DNA of 64,000 nucleotides from an uncultured Candidatus Poseidoniales archaeon (GTDB lineage Archaea; Thermoplasmatota; Poseidoniia; Poseidoniales; Thalassarchaeaceae), in assembly GCA_902511005.1 (NCBI GenBank), contig CABXDN010000002.1, positions 4,403-68,402 of the forward strand, written 5' to 3'. Below, piece by piece: positions 9,053 to 18,744 of this stretch. Positions within the stretch are counted from its first letter, which is position 1. Each line of letters opens with the position of its first letter. The translations under genes and the position numbers were made by a program. The notes below the pieces were generated by a model. It searched no databases. It worked only from the letters and a program-made list of their open reading frames with translations, and was not told the origin of the DNA.

Positions 9053-9310
9053 ATGGTCAAGCCAGCAAGAGCACATACCCGCTTTGAAAAAGCACGAATT
9101 ATTGGCGCTAGAGCACTGCAAATTAGTATGGGAGCACCTTTGTTCGTATCAGAAGATGAATTAAGACAGGAATTTTCTGGAGAATTGATTCAACTTTATG
9201 GTGTGGATGATGCCAAAGAAAGAGTTGTACTTGACCCTATGAAAATTGCTACTCTTGAATATATTAAACACCGAATACCAATTGATGTTGAACCTCATCT
9301 TGATGAATAA
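9053..9310 (+). CDS. rpoK: DNA-directed RNA polymerase subunit K (Rpo6)
   Basis: [21 protein letters not shown] is the conserved Rpo6/RpoK core. The ORF opens at 9017 and I chose the Met at 9053. Confidence 0.85.
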   Translation: MVKPARAHTRFEKARIIGARALQISMGAPLFVSEDELRQEFSGELIQLYGVDDAKERVVLDPMKIATLEYIKHRIPIDVEPHLDE

Positions 9311-9347
9311 AACAAAAATATATCTATGACAATTAGGTCGTGAGATA

Positions 9348-10433
9348 GTGGGATTCGAAAGAGTCAATATTAGCAAACTAACTGCTGCCATTATTGGATT
9401 GACAATAATTGTAATAGCAGCTGGTGGAGTAATCAGAATTTATGATGCAGGAGAATCTTGTCCTGACTGGCCGACATGTTTCGGAACATGGGGTTTCGAT
9501 GTATCTGAAGAGGATCAGCAAGAATGGTTCGAGGAAAATCCTGATGAGATAGACTCTAGGGGTTCTTGGCATACTTATACATCGTTCCAGATCTTCACAG
9601 AATGGATTCATAGACTCTTAGCAGGAACTCTATTAGGGCCATTGGTATTATTGAACTGGTGGATAATAAGGAAAGATGAAGAATTAGTAGGAGAGGTAGA
9701 ACTGGCATCTTTAGTATCTGTTATTCTAATATTGTGGCAAGGTTTCCTAGGATATGTAACGGTGAGGATGGATAACCTACACTGGAGTGTAGCACTCCAC
9801 TTAAGTTCTGCATTATTATTTTTAATGTCCCTAATATGGATTTGGTTAGCAACGGTTAGAGATAAAGAAGAGATTCCTGATTGGATTGCGTTCGACCCTA
9901 TATTGGCAAGAAGATGGAAAAATCGTGTAATTTTACTTTCATTTGGAACTTTCATTAGCCTATTCGTAGGAGTATTTGTTTCTACTACCCCTGGTGCAAA
10001 TCAAGGATGTGGAGTATTGGGTTTTCCGAATTCTTGGCCTTTGTGTAATAGTTCATTATTAGAAACAATTACAGATTACGAAGCACAATCGCAAATCATA
10101 CATAGAATAATCGTTGGTTTAGTAGGCTTAATTCTTGTTTTTACATGTTATATTATTTGGAAAGAAAGTAGAGATGAAGAATATGGCTCGTTACTATGTA
10201 AATGGATTTGGTCAGCCACCATTCTATACTTACTGAATATGGGGTTAGGAGGGTTGTATGTTCTTTCTGCCAAATTAGAAGGATTTGAAATAACATATTT
10301 CGAGTTACTATCGTTAATACATCTCATGATTGGATCTTTGACATTTATTATATTGACAACTCTATTATTAGCAGTCAATAGAGTCACGCTATTTGAGAAA
10401 AAATATCTAGTACCTGATAATAGCAGTCAATGA
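9348..10433 (+). CDS. ctaA: heme A synthase (COX15/CtaA family)
   Basis: Polytopic membrane protein with the CPDWPTCFG motif after TM1 and conserved His residues in TM helices (EWIHRLLAG, SVALHLSSAL, IIHRIIVG, LIHLMIGS). GTG start. Confidence 0.8.
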   Translation: MGFERVNISKLTAAIIGLTIIVIAAGGVIRIYDAGESCPDWPTCFGTWGFDVSEEDQQEWFEENPDEIDSRGSWHTYTSFQIFTEWIHRLLAGTLLGPLVLLNWWIIRKDEELVGEVELASLVSVILILWQGFLGYVTVRMDNLHWSVALHLSSALLFLMSLIWIWLATVRDKEEIPDWIAFDPILARRWKNRVILLSFGTFISLFVGVFVSTTPGANQGCGVLGFPNSWPLCNSSLLETITDYEAQSQIIHRIIVGLVGLILVFTCYIIWKESRDEEYGSLLCKWIWSATILYLLNMGLGGLYVLSAKLEGFEITYFELLSLIHLMIGSLTFIILTTLLLAVNRVTLFEKKYLVPDNSSQ

Positions 10434-10446
10434 GTTTCAAAGACTA

Positions 10447-11529
10447 GTGGTAGTAGGGGCTATTATGTCAGAGACGAGGGCACTAGGGAATACTCTCTTT
10501 TCTTTAACAAAACCAAGAGTCGTTGTACTATTACAGATAACTGCAATGTGCGCTATACTTAGTCACGATTTAATAAAATTAAATACAGTAGATGGCAATA
10601 CTTTAGAGAATATGTTTATCGTATTTATTGGAGGATATTTGACCGCAGGTGGAGCCAATTGCATCAATATGTGGTACGATAGAGATATTGACCCAATTAT
10701 GAATAGAACGTCGAAAAGACCTCTTTCTGTAGGAGAAATATCCCCTAGAACCGCATTAATATATGGAATAATGATATCAATAATTGGAACTATTTGGTTA
10801 GTAAAAATGGCTAATCAAGTCGCTGCATTTTGGGCTCTTTTTAGTATACTCTTTTATGTATTCATATATACAATTTGGTTGAAAAGGTCAAGTACACAAA
10901 ATATTGTCATAGGTGGAATAGCAGGTTCAACTCCGCCAGTAATAGGATGGTGTGCTGCAGAAGGAGATTTAGAAATATCAATTAGTACATTCCGAGAATT
11001 CATAAATTCAATTTTTGAAATTGGAGGCTATATGCCATGGTTTATGTTCCTATTGATTTTCTTATGGACCCCCCCTCATTTTTGGGCTTTAGCGCTATAT
11101 CGTTCCGAAGAATATGAAAAAGTAGGTGTTCCAATGTTACCCAATGTTAAGGGTAAAAAAAGAACATTGGTAGAAATGAAAATTTATGCAATAATCTTGA
11201 TATTATTGTCAATAACCGCTCCTTTAAGCTATCATGAGATAGATTCTTGGAATGAAATCAATTTTAATATCAATAACTCATTAATTATCTTAAACACAAT
11301 GTCACTAAGTATTTGGTATGGATTAACTGTTTGGAAAATTGATGTAATGGAAGAATATGATGAAAATGATAGAATGCCATCCGCATCTCATTCATTTTTT
11401 GTATCTCTAAGTTATCTGGCATTTATGTTCATTGCCCTAGTATTATCAAGTGTAGGATTTGAAGGATCTTTGATAAGTCTGATGATTATAGTGATTCTAA
11501 TATCACGTAATACGAAAAGTAGAAAGTAA
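10447..11529 (+). CDS. ctaB: protoheme IX farnesyltransferase (heme O synthase)
   Basis: LTKPRVVVLL, NMWYDRDIDPIMNRTSKRPL and LWTPPHFWALAL...GVPMLP are UbiA-family CtaB/CyoE motifs. GTG at 10447 or ATG at 10465. Confidence 0.9.
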   Translation: MVVGAIMSETRALGNTLFSLTKPRVVVLLQITAMCAILSHDLIKLNTVDGNTLENMFIVFIGGYLTAGGANCINMWYDRDIDPIMNRTSKRPLSVGEISPRTALIYGIMISIIGTIWLVKMANQVAAFWALFSILFYVFIYTIWLKRSSTQNIVIGGIAGSTPPVIGWCAAEGDLEISISTFREFINSIFEIGGYMPWFMFLLIFLWTPPHFWALALYRSEEYEKVGVPMLPNVKGKKRTLVEMKIYAIILILLSITAPLSYHEIDSWNEINFNINNSLIILNTMSLSIWYGLTVWKIDVMEEYDENDRMPSASHSFFVSLSYLAFMFIALVLSSVGFEGSLISLMIIVILISRNTKSRK

Positions 11530-11627
11530 TTTTAAAAATCAAAGAACCCGAATAAGTAGAATTAGAATCCGATGGATTCAAACACCTAGTAGTTCGTCCA
11601 CGAATCGTAAGAACAGAGGTATCAGAG

Positions 11628-12884
11628 ATGAAGGAATCAGAACTAATCTATGATTGGAATACCATAGACTATGAAATCAAAAGAATTTCATCTCAACATC
11701 CACACGATGTTTGGTTCGATGATGAAACACTGAGAGATGGTCTACAAAGCCCTAGTGCAAGAAATCCCACGATTAAACAAAAAATAGAATTAATTGATTA
11801 TATGGAAAAATTAGGTATTCAGAAAGTAGATTTAGGGCTACCAGGAGCAGGAATATTTCACATAGAACATATTGATTCAATGCTATCACATATTACTGAA
11901 AAGTCCTATGACTTAAGACCAGGCTGTGCTGTTAGAACAGTAGTGAGTGATATTGAACCATTAGTCAATCTTCAAGCAAAATATGAAACACAGATACAGG
12001 CAAGTGCTTTCCTTGGAACCAGCCCTATACGCCAGTATACAGAAGGATGGGATATGCAACGAATAATCTCAACCGCAGAAAAAGCAGTTACTTTTGCTGT
12101 AGATAATGATATTCCTGTAATGTTTGTTACTGAAGATACTACAAGAAGTAAACCTGAAGAAATTAAGGAAGTATATACTCGTGCTATTGAATTAGGAGCA
12201 GATAGAATTTGTATATGTGATACATGTGGGCATGTAACTCCAAACGGAGTAAAGAAATTATTAGCATTCATTCAAGAAGAAGTAATACCCGATTCTGGAG
12301 TAAAACGTAGAGATATTGAAGTGAATTGGCATGGACATCAGGACAGAGGGCTTGGAGTTGCAAACAATTTAGCAGCAGTAGAAGCAGGTGCTGACGTGAT
12401 ACATGGTACGGCATTAGGAGTTGGAGAAAGAGCAGGAAATGCACCATTAGATCAGACGTTAGTAAATCTGAGTTTAATGGGTGTAATAAAAAACGATTTG
12501 ACATCACTTAATGAGTATGTGCAAAAAGCTCACGAATATATTGAAGTTGCTCTACCAAGAAACTACCCCGTATTTGGTAAAGACGCATTTGAAACAGGTA
12601 CAGGTGTGCACGCTAGTGCAGTAGTTAAGGCGATGAAGAAAGGAGATGATTGGCTTGCAGATAGAATATATTCAGGAGTACCTGCACAAGATTACGGATT
12701 AGAACAGGTTATTCGAATAGGACATATGAGTGGACGCTCGAATATTACTTGGTGGTTAAATAAAAATGATTATCAAATAACTGATGATTTAGTAGCATAT
12801 CTATTTGATATTGCAAAGAAACAAAGAAGGCTAATGAAAGATTCAGAAGTACACATGGCAATCTCTGAATGGAAAAATTTATGA
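11628..12884 (+). CDS. HMGL-like aldolase, 2-isopropylmalate/homocitrate/citramalate synthase family (no LeuA regulatory domain)
   Basis: DETLRDGLQSP metal/substrate motif, a TIM-barrel pattern, WHGHQDRGLGVANNLAAVEAGADVIHGTALGVGERAGNAPLD. No leuBCD genes are nearby. Confidence 0.7.
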   Translation: MKESELIYDWNTIDYEIKRISSQHPHDVWFDDETLRDGLQSPSARNPTIKQKIELIDYMEKLGIQKVDLGLPGAGIFHIEHIDSMLSHITEKSYDLRPGCAVRTVVSDIEPLVNLQAKYETQIQASAFLGTSPIRQYTEGWDMQRIISTAEKAVTFAVDNDIPVMFVTEDTTRSKPEEIKEVYTRAIELGADRICICDTCGHVTPNGVKKLLAFIQEEVIPDSGVKRRDIEVNWHGHQDRGLGVANNLAAVEAGADVIHGTALGVGERAGNAPLDQTLVNLSLMGVIKNDLTSLNEYVQKAHEYIEVALPRNYPVFGKDAFETGTGVHASAVVKAMKKGDDWLADRIYSGVPAQDYGLEQVIRIGHMSGRSNITWWLNKNDYQITDDLVAYLFDIAKKQRRLMKDSEVHMAISEWKNL

Positions 12885-12940
12885 TTATTGTTAATGCATA
12901 AATGACGAATGCCTAAAACCTCATTGAGCGCGACAGGGGT

Positions 12941-15900
12941 ATGCGTTCAGCAGTATTCGCCTTCTTGATTTTATTTTTGGCCCCCTTTTCTGGTTTAGTT
13001 GCTGCTGATTCAAATCTAAATCAAGAAATTGAAGAAGACATAAAATTAATGATTCCTACATATTCTATCGCTGTACAATTAGCGTTTGAAAGAGTCTCGG
13101 ATTTAGACCAGTATAGCTTAGAGGAGATCAGGGATACGAAACAATGGTTAATAGTAACAGGGAATGATATTGAAACCCAGAAATCATTTCTTTCAATACC
13201 CGCTGAAATTGAAATGGCACCAGTGTTGGATGGAGCGTATATCTGGACTTTTAAAACTTCATTAAATATAGTTGAGATACTAGAAGAAATCTATCGAAAT
13301 AAAGATATTGAGTCATTTTCACCACTTATTGCTAAGCAACAAATAGCTAAGAGCGCACCTAATGACGAGGATTTTAGTGATCAATGGCACCTCAAGAATA
13401 CTGGACAAACCTCAGGACTATCAGGAGAAGATGCAAACGTCACTTCGGTATGGAATTCCTATACAGGAAATGGCGTGATAATCAGTGTAGTAGATGATGG
13501 CTTAGACAAAGATCATCCAGATATTTCGCCGAATTATTCACCTACTCATTCTTATGATTGGTGCAATAGTGATTCCGACCCAACGCCAACTAGTAATAAT
13601 GGTCATGGAACTGCTGCTGGAGGAGTCGCTGCAGCTGCTGGAAATAATACAATACATGTATCAGGGGCGGCTTATGATGCAACTCTAGGAGGGTCCACAT
13701 TAATCGCCTGTTGGTCACCAGATTCAATGGAAGCAAATGCTCTTTCATTCCTAAATAATGAAATCGACATCTATACAAACTCATGGGGACCAAGTGATAA
13801 TGGACAAACTTTGTCTGCTCCAGGGCCCTTAATGCTTGCAGCATTTGAAGATGATGCGTATCAAGGTAGGAATGGATTAGGGAACATCATTACATGGGCT
13901 GCAGGAAATGGCCTCACAAGTAATGATAATGCAAATTATGATGGATGGGCTAATAGTAGATTTACAATTGCTGTATCTGCAATTACTCATTATGGAGAAC
14001 AATCCTATTATTCTGAACCTGGAGCCAATATATTAGTTGCATCACATTCGAATGGAGATGGTGAAGCAATAACAACTACAGATATACACGATGACCCAGA
14101 CATATCATCTGATGATGCAGGATATGATAATGGAAATGTCACTAATTCATTTGGAGGGACGTCTAGTGCTACACCTTTAGCGGCAGGAGTGATAGCACTG
14201 ATTTTAGAATCAAATGAAAATCTAACATGGAGAGATTTACAACATATTTTAGTTAATAGTGCGAGAAAAAATGACCCTAATGATTCGAGTTGGGAGATTA
14301 ATAGCGCTGGACATGATGTTTCCCATAAATATGGATTTGGAGCAATTGATGCCGGAGCTGCTGTTTCTTTAGCTGAGAACTGGACAAATGTAGATCCTGA
14401 AATAAATCAAACATTTGGACCCTACAATCCTTCTTTCTCTATTCCGACCTCAAGTAGTAGTTGGAGCGAATTTGATCTACAAATCAATGAAGATATTAGT
14501 TTGGAAAGTATAGATGTCATAGTAGACATTGACCATTCAAATAGAGGGGACTTGGATATTGTTTTGGAGTCGCCTAACGGAACACAATCATGGCTAGCAG
14601 AAGAACATAACGATGGAGGGAATGACTATTCGAACTGGTTATTCAATACCGTTCATCATTGGGATGAAAGTAGCTTAGGAATATGGACTCTGAAGATAAG
14701 AGATACGACTTCAGGTACTTCTGGTACTCTGAATTCATGGCAGATTATTACACACGGTATGGATATAGATCTCGATCATGATGATGATGGAATATCTGAT
14801 GAAAATGAGACGCTAGTTTGGGGGACTGACCCTTACAATGCAGATACTGATAACGATGGTATAAACGATTATGATGAAATATTTGTTTACATGACAAATC
14901 CAATACTAGAGGATTCTGATTCAGATGGACTTACGGACTCATCAGAAATTTCAATATATCTAACGAATCCAAACAGTGACGATACAGATATCGATGGACT
15001 TACAGATGGTGCAGAGATTAATTTGTGGCAAAGTAACCCGCTAGTCTATGATGCTGATAATGATTCTGATTTTTATTATCATTTCAATGACTGTGACGAT
15101 CAGAACGCTAATATAAATCCTGGAAAACCTGAGAAATTAAATGGATTTGACGATAATTGTGATGACTTTATCGATGAAGGATTTAATTTTACTGATAGAG
15201 ATAATGATGGATTAAAAGATTGGCCAGAATATCATATACATAATACAGATTATAAAAACTCAGATACAGATGGAGATGGAATAAAAGATGGCCCTGAAGT
15301 TAATGTATACGCTGATCAGGGTGCAAATCCGTTAATTTTTGATGATGATTCAGATGCTGATGGTTGGTATTGGTTCGAAGATTGTGATGATGAAAATATT
15401 TATCGGTCACCTGGACTAAGTGAAGTATTAGATGCAATTGATAATGACTGTGATGAAGAAATTGATGAAGACTTCATAGATTTAGACTCAGATTCAGATG
15501 GATTATCTGATTATGAAGAATATTATAATACTTCAACAAACCCTAATGATGGAGATACCGATAATGATGGACTTTCTGATGGAATAGAGGTAAACACATA
15601 CGCAGAACTAGGAGCTAATCCACTGATATTCGACGAAGATAATGATGCTGATGGGTCTTACTGGTTCCAAGATTGTGCAGATGATGATAATGAACGGGCG
15701 CCTTCTTTACTTGAAGAATTAGATGGGAAAGATAATGACTGCGATGAAGAAATTGATGAAGATTACAAAACTATTGATTCTGATGAAGACGGTCTTTCGG
15801 ACTATGAGGAATATAATGTCATAAATTCTAATCATTATGATAAAGACACAGACGGTGATGGAATAGATGATGGAATAGAAGTATTAGTAAAGATATCAAA

Positions 15901-16765
15901 CCCACTAATATTTAATTTTGATAATGATAATGATGACTTCTATGATTTTGAAGATTGTAATGATTTAGTAGCAGAAATATACCCCGGAGCAACCGAAATA
16001 TGGAACGGAATAGATGATGATTGTAATGATTTAGTAGATGACAATCTTAAGAGGCAAAACCTTGTACTAACAATACCACAAACACAGATTATCCATTCTT
16101 GGGATGCGGTCAATGACACTCTAGTATTTGGGCTAAATAATATCCCTGCAAAGGTGGATACTGAAATAATCTGGGAAATTGGAGATTATAATCTTAAAGA
16201 AAATATATCTAATCAAGGCACTAGGCTAGATATCAATTCATTAGAATGTGGAAAAAATAAGGATAACCTGACTATTCTATTATGCAGCAATGGAACTAGT
16301 TATCAGCAAATTAAAGCAACTATTGTAGATTCAGGAGTCACTACAGAATTTGTTTGGGATATTGACATGGTTATTTGGATACCCCCTCCTACATTCACAG
16401 AAATTGTATTAACATTCTTTACCAGTAGTATAGGATTGGTATTTATTTCAAGTATAGTACTTGCAATAGGAGCTATAGGATTATTTGTTAATATCAGAAT
16501 CTCCAAGAAAAAAGAATTAGAAGAAGCATATACTGCTTACAATATTCCCTCTGTAAAATTCGACTATACTCCAGATTACTCTAAGACAGTATTGCCTTCG
16601 GCTCCAGATTTATCATCATTAGAATCGAGAATTAATACACCATCATCAGAAATAGAGTTACCTGACTTGCCTGCAACAATACCTATTATTCAGCTACCGA
16701 GTAAGATAATTGAAGATGATGATATTGTCGAATTAGTAGATATTCCATCCAGAATAATAGATTAA
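12941..16765 (+). CDS. secreted, C-terminally membrane-anchored subtilase (S8, kexin/furin-like with P-domain) followed by Ca-binding TSP3-like and Cys-rich repeats
   Basis: Signal peptide MRSAVFAFLILFLAPFSGLVAADS. Catalytic triad blocks VVDDGLD, NGHGTAAGG and GGTSSATPLAAG. P-domain-like GDLDIVLESPNGTQSWL...GIWTLKIRDT. Acidic DxDxDG repeats, then the TM IGLVFISSIVLAIGAIGLFV followed by KKKE. Confidence 0.85.
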   Translation: MRSAVFAFLILFLAPFSGLVAADSNLNQEIEEDIKLMIPTYSIAVQLAFERVSDLDQYSLEEIRDTKQWLIVTGNDIETQKSFLSIPAEIEMAPVLDGAYIWTFKTSLNIVEILEEIYRNKDIESFSPLIAKQQIAKSAPNDEDFSDQWHLKNTGQTSGLSGEDANVTSVWNSYTGNGVIISVVDDGLDKDHPDISPNYSPTHSYDWCNSDSDPTPTSNNGHGTAAGGVAAAAGNNTIHVSGAAYDATLGGSTLIACWSPDSMEANALSFLNNEIDIYTNSWGPSDNGQTLSAPGPLMLAAFEDDAYQGRNGLGNIITWAAGNGLTSNDNANYDGWANSRFTIAVSAITHYGEQSYYSEPGANILVASHSNGDGEAITTTDIHDDPDISSDDAGYDNGNVTNSFGGTSSATPLAAGVIALILESNENLTWRDLQHILVNSARKNDPNDSSWEINSAGHDVSHKYGFGAIDAGAAVSLAENWTNVDPEINQTFGPYNPSFSIPTSSSSWSEFDLQINEDISLESIDVIVDIDHSNRGDLDIVLESPNGTQSWLAEEHNDGGNDYSNWLFNTVHHWDESSLGIWTLKIRDTTSGTSGTLNSWQIITHGMDIDLDHDDDGISDENETLVWGTDPYNADTDNDGINDYDEIFVYMTNPILEDSDSDGLTDSSEISIYLTNPNSDDTDIDGLTDGAEINLWQSNPLVYDADNDSDFYYHFNDCDDQNANINPGKPEKLNGFDDNCDDFIDEGFNFTDRDNDGLKDWPEYHIHNTDYKNSDTDGDGIKDGPEVNVYADQGANPLIFDDDSDADGWYWFEDCDDENIYRSPGLSEVLDAIDNDCDEEIDEDFIDLDSDSDGLSDYEEYYNTSTNPNDGDTDNDGLSDGIEVNTYAELGANPLIFDEDNDADGSYWFQDCADDDNERAPSLLEELDGKDNDCDEEIDEDYKTIDSDEDGLSDYEEYNVINSNHYDKDTDGDGIDDGIEVLVKISNPLIFNFDNDNDDFYDFEDCNDLVAEIYPGATEIWNGIDDDCNDLVDDNLKRQNLVLTIPQTQIIHSWDAVNDTLVFGLNNIPAKVDTEIIWEIGDYNLKENISNQGTRLDINSLECGKNKDNLTILLCSNGTSYQQIKATIVDSGVTTEFVWDIDMVIWIPPPTFTEIVLTFFTSSIGLVFISSIVLAIGAIGLFVNIRISKKKELEEAYTAYNIPSVKFDYTPDYSKTVLPSAPDLSSLESRINTPSSEIELPDLPATIPIIQLPSKIIEDDDIVELVDIPSRIID
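14759..16045 (+). repeat. intragenic modular repeats: four Cys-rich DCDD..PG..E..DG.DNDCD..IDE modules alternating with DxDxDGxxDxxE (thrombospondin type-3-like) Ca-binding repeats
   Basis: Protein-level repeats read directly, for example DADGWYWFEDCDDENIYRSPGLSEVLDAIDNDCDEEIDEDF and DADGSYWFQDCADDDNERAPSLLEELDGKDNDCDEEIDEDY. DNA-level similarity is also visible (gactgtgatgaagaaattgatgaaga occurs twice). Confidence 0.7.
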
Positions 16766-18117
16766 GATTCTTCTTCTAATGATGAAATATCGTTATGCCC
16801 CCATTCAGCATCGGGGCTACCTCCTGACCATTCGCCCTCAATTGCAATATCTTCAACATCATCATCTTCTCTCCAAGGTGGTTCGCCATCAGAACCACTG
16901 ATAATCAAGCATCCTTCATCATCCAGTCTTTTTTGTAATGTTTTGATTCCACTCTTCATAGGTAAAAGGTGACCTATTGGGGTGCCTGCAGTCACAAAAG
17001 GATGTGTTGCAGTACAGATTAGTAAACCTCTATTAGGCGACAATACATCATGACTAATCCCAGGCCTCTCTGGATCTGTAATAGTAGCTACTACCTCTCC
17101 TTCATCTACAAAACTACCTGCTGGAGCTAGAATATCCAATAAGCCACCCTGATCTGACCTAATCCATGCTGAACCAGATGCCAATATTCGGAAGTAGGGC
17201 CTGTTAGGATAACCCGGTATCATCCTCAATCCTCTAAGGACGTTTAATATTCCGTAAATAGCAACCTGAACGGATTCTGGATCTGCTTCGTTGGATCCAC
17301 CTCCTTCATATGTTATACAACCAATTCCTGATTTATTTGCTGCTCTTCTGAGAGAACCTTTAGGCCCTTCATTGTCAAGAATTGTTTCAATGCCAAATGA
17401 CCTTGCTATTCTATTACTTTCAGGATGTGCAAGATTCGCCCGGATTTGCGGCATATTAGTTCGACCAGGTGCCGCTGTGTGTAAATCAATAATATGATCT
17501 GAAGTCTGAACTATAGATTCCCATACTCGGTTAGCAACTCGAGAAGTAGTATTACTTTCATCGTTACCCGGAAAGTTTCTATTCAAATCACGACCATCCG
17601 GAAATTTACGGCTCTGTCTCCGATATCCCGGAATATTGACAATGGGTATTATCCTAATTGTCCCTGCCATCATAGAAGGATCAATATCTTGCCCTTCTCC
17701 AATAAAATTCGGTCCGCAAAGATAAGTCAGGGCTAATGGACCTACAAGTTCATTACCATGAACTGCTCCTAAAATTGTCACTACTGGGCCCGGTCTTGAG
17801 CCATGGATAATTGTCACAGGAATAGGCCAAGATTCCCCTATTTCTACATTTAATAAACTGAAATCAAGTTTTCTTATCGAATTTGGCTTGATTCTTTTGC
17901 GATCAAATAGATGAGGTTTAGAACCTAAACCTCTAGCCCATTTTTTGGGAGAAGAAGATTTTTCCTCTAACGCTTTCTCAATCTCTTTGCGACGCTTCTG
18001 AGGCAATTGATTAGCGACTTTTAGAGGTCTATGACGTCGTCTTTTCATCCTTGGCGCCGGTGACCCTTTGACGGGCGCGGCAGGCAATTTATCTTCATCC
18101 TCAGTTAGAGACAACAA
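16762..18117 (-). CDS. succinylglutamate desuccinylase/aspartoacylase (AstE/AspA, M14-like zinc hydrolase) family protein
   Basis: GAVHGNELVG (Zn-binding HxxE), DLNRNFPG and IIDLHTA are family hallmarks. The protein also has a basic N-terminal extension of roughly 80-90 aa and an acidic C-terminal tail. Confidence 0.75.
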   Translation of the reverse strand: MLSLTEDEDKLPAAPVKGSPAPRMKRRRHRPLKVANQLPQKRRKEIEKALEEKSSSPKKWARGLGSKPHLFDRKRIKPNSIRKLDFSLLNVEIGESWPIPVTIIHGSRPGPVVTILGAVHGNELVGPLALTYLCGPNFIGEGQDIDPSMMAGTIRIIPIVNIPGYRRQSRKFPDGRDLNRNFPGNDESNTTSRVANRVWESIVQTSDHIIDLHTAAPGRTNMPQIRANLAHPESNRIARSFGIETILDNEGPKGSLRRAANKSGIGCITYEGGGSNEADPESVQVAIYGILNVLRGLRMIPGYPNRPYFRILASGSAWIRSDQGGLLDILAPAGSFVDEGEVVATITDPERPGISHDVLSPNRGLLICTATHPFVTAGTPIGHLLPMKSGIKTLQKRLDDEGCLIISGSDGEPPWREDDDVEDIAIEGEWSGGSPDAEWGHNDISSLEEES

Positions 18118-18200
18118 TCACCGGAGAAGGTTCTTGAATTAAGATAGTCTGATGAAGAATTATCGAATCATTCAATTCCTCTAACCGCCTGAGAATCACC

Positions 18201-18677
18201 ATGAGGGATGTTAAACAACTATCGGTCCAAGAAAAATATGCCCCAAATAGTATTTGCTTTGGCTGTGGTCCGGCTAATGAAAAAGGTCTACAAATCAAAT
18301 CTTTTAGAACAGATAATGGATTAGAAATGATATTTGAAACAAGAAAAGAACATCAAGCATTTCCCGGAATTATCAATGGAGGAATTATTAGTACATTATT
18401 GGATTGTCACGGAAACTGGGCGGCTACTATGGCATTAATGGATGAAAATGATGATGAATATCCACCTTGTACAGTGACTGCAACATTTAGTTTGAAACTT
18501 AGAAGGCCTACTCCGATAAATACTAAATTAGAAATTAGTGCAAATATTGTAGATATTACTAAAGATAGAGCTAATGTAAAAATGACTTTGGTTGCAAATG
18601 GTAAAGTATGTGCGACCGGAGAAGGATTATTTGTAGCAGTAAAAGAAGATCATCCAGCATATCATAGATGGAACTGA
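18201..18677 (+). CDS. hotdog-fold thioesterase (PaaI/YbgC-like)
   Basis: CFGCGPANEKGL near the N-terminus, followed by GIINGGIISTLLDCHGNWA, which is typical of PaaI-type thioesterases. Confidence 0.6.
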   Translation: MRDVKQLSVQEKYAPNSICFGCGPANEKGLQIKSFRTDNGLEMIFETRKEHQAFPGIINGGIISTLLDCHGNWAATMALMDENDDEYPPCTVTATFSLKLRRPTPINTKLEISANIVDITKDRANVKMTLVANGKVCATGEGLFVAVKEDHPAYHRWN

Positions 18678-18744
18678 CTCGCGGCATCCTTTAGAACGGC
18701 CGATTGTAAGAATGTTTGTGGCGCACTCTGGCGAGGACTCGGAA

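Noticed and set aside
11568-11582. A short palindrome, GAATCC-GAT-GGATTC, in the ctaB/synthase spacer.
   Set aside because: It has only a 6-bp stem and is not followed by an oligo-T run on the transcribed strand. That is too weak to call a terminator or operator without comparative data.
18140-18195. C/D-box sRNA-like elements (TGATGA ... CTGA about 40 nt apart) in the divergent spacer at 18118..18200.
   Set aside because: There are no internal C'/D' boxes and no complementary terminal stem. The region is short and must already hold two promoters, so this is probably coincidence.
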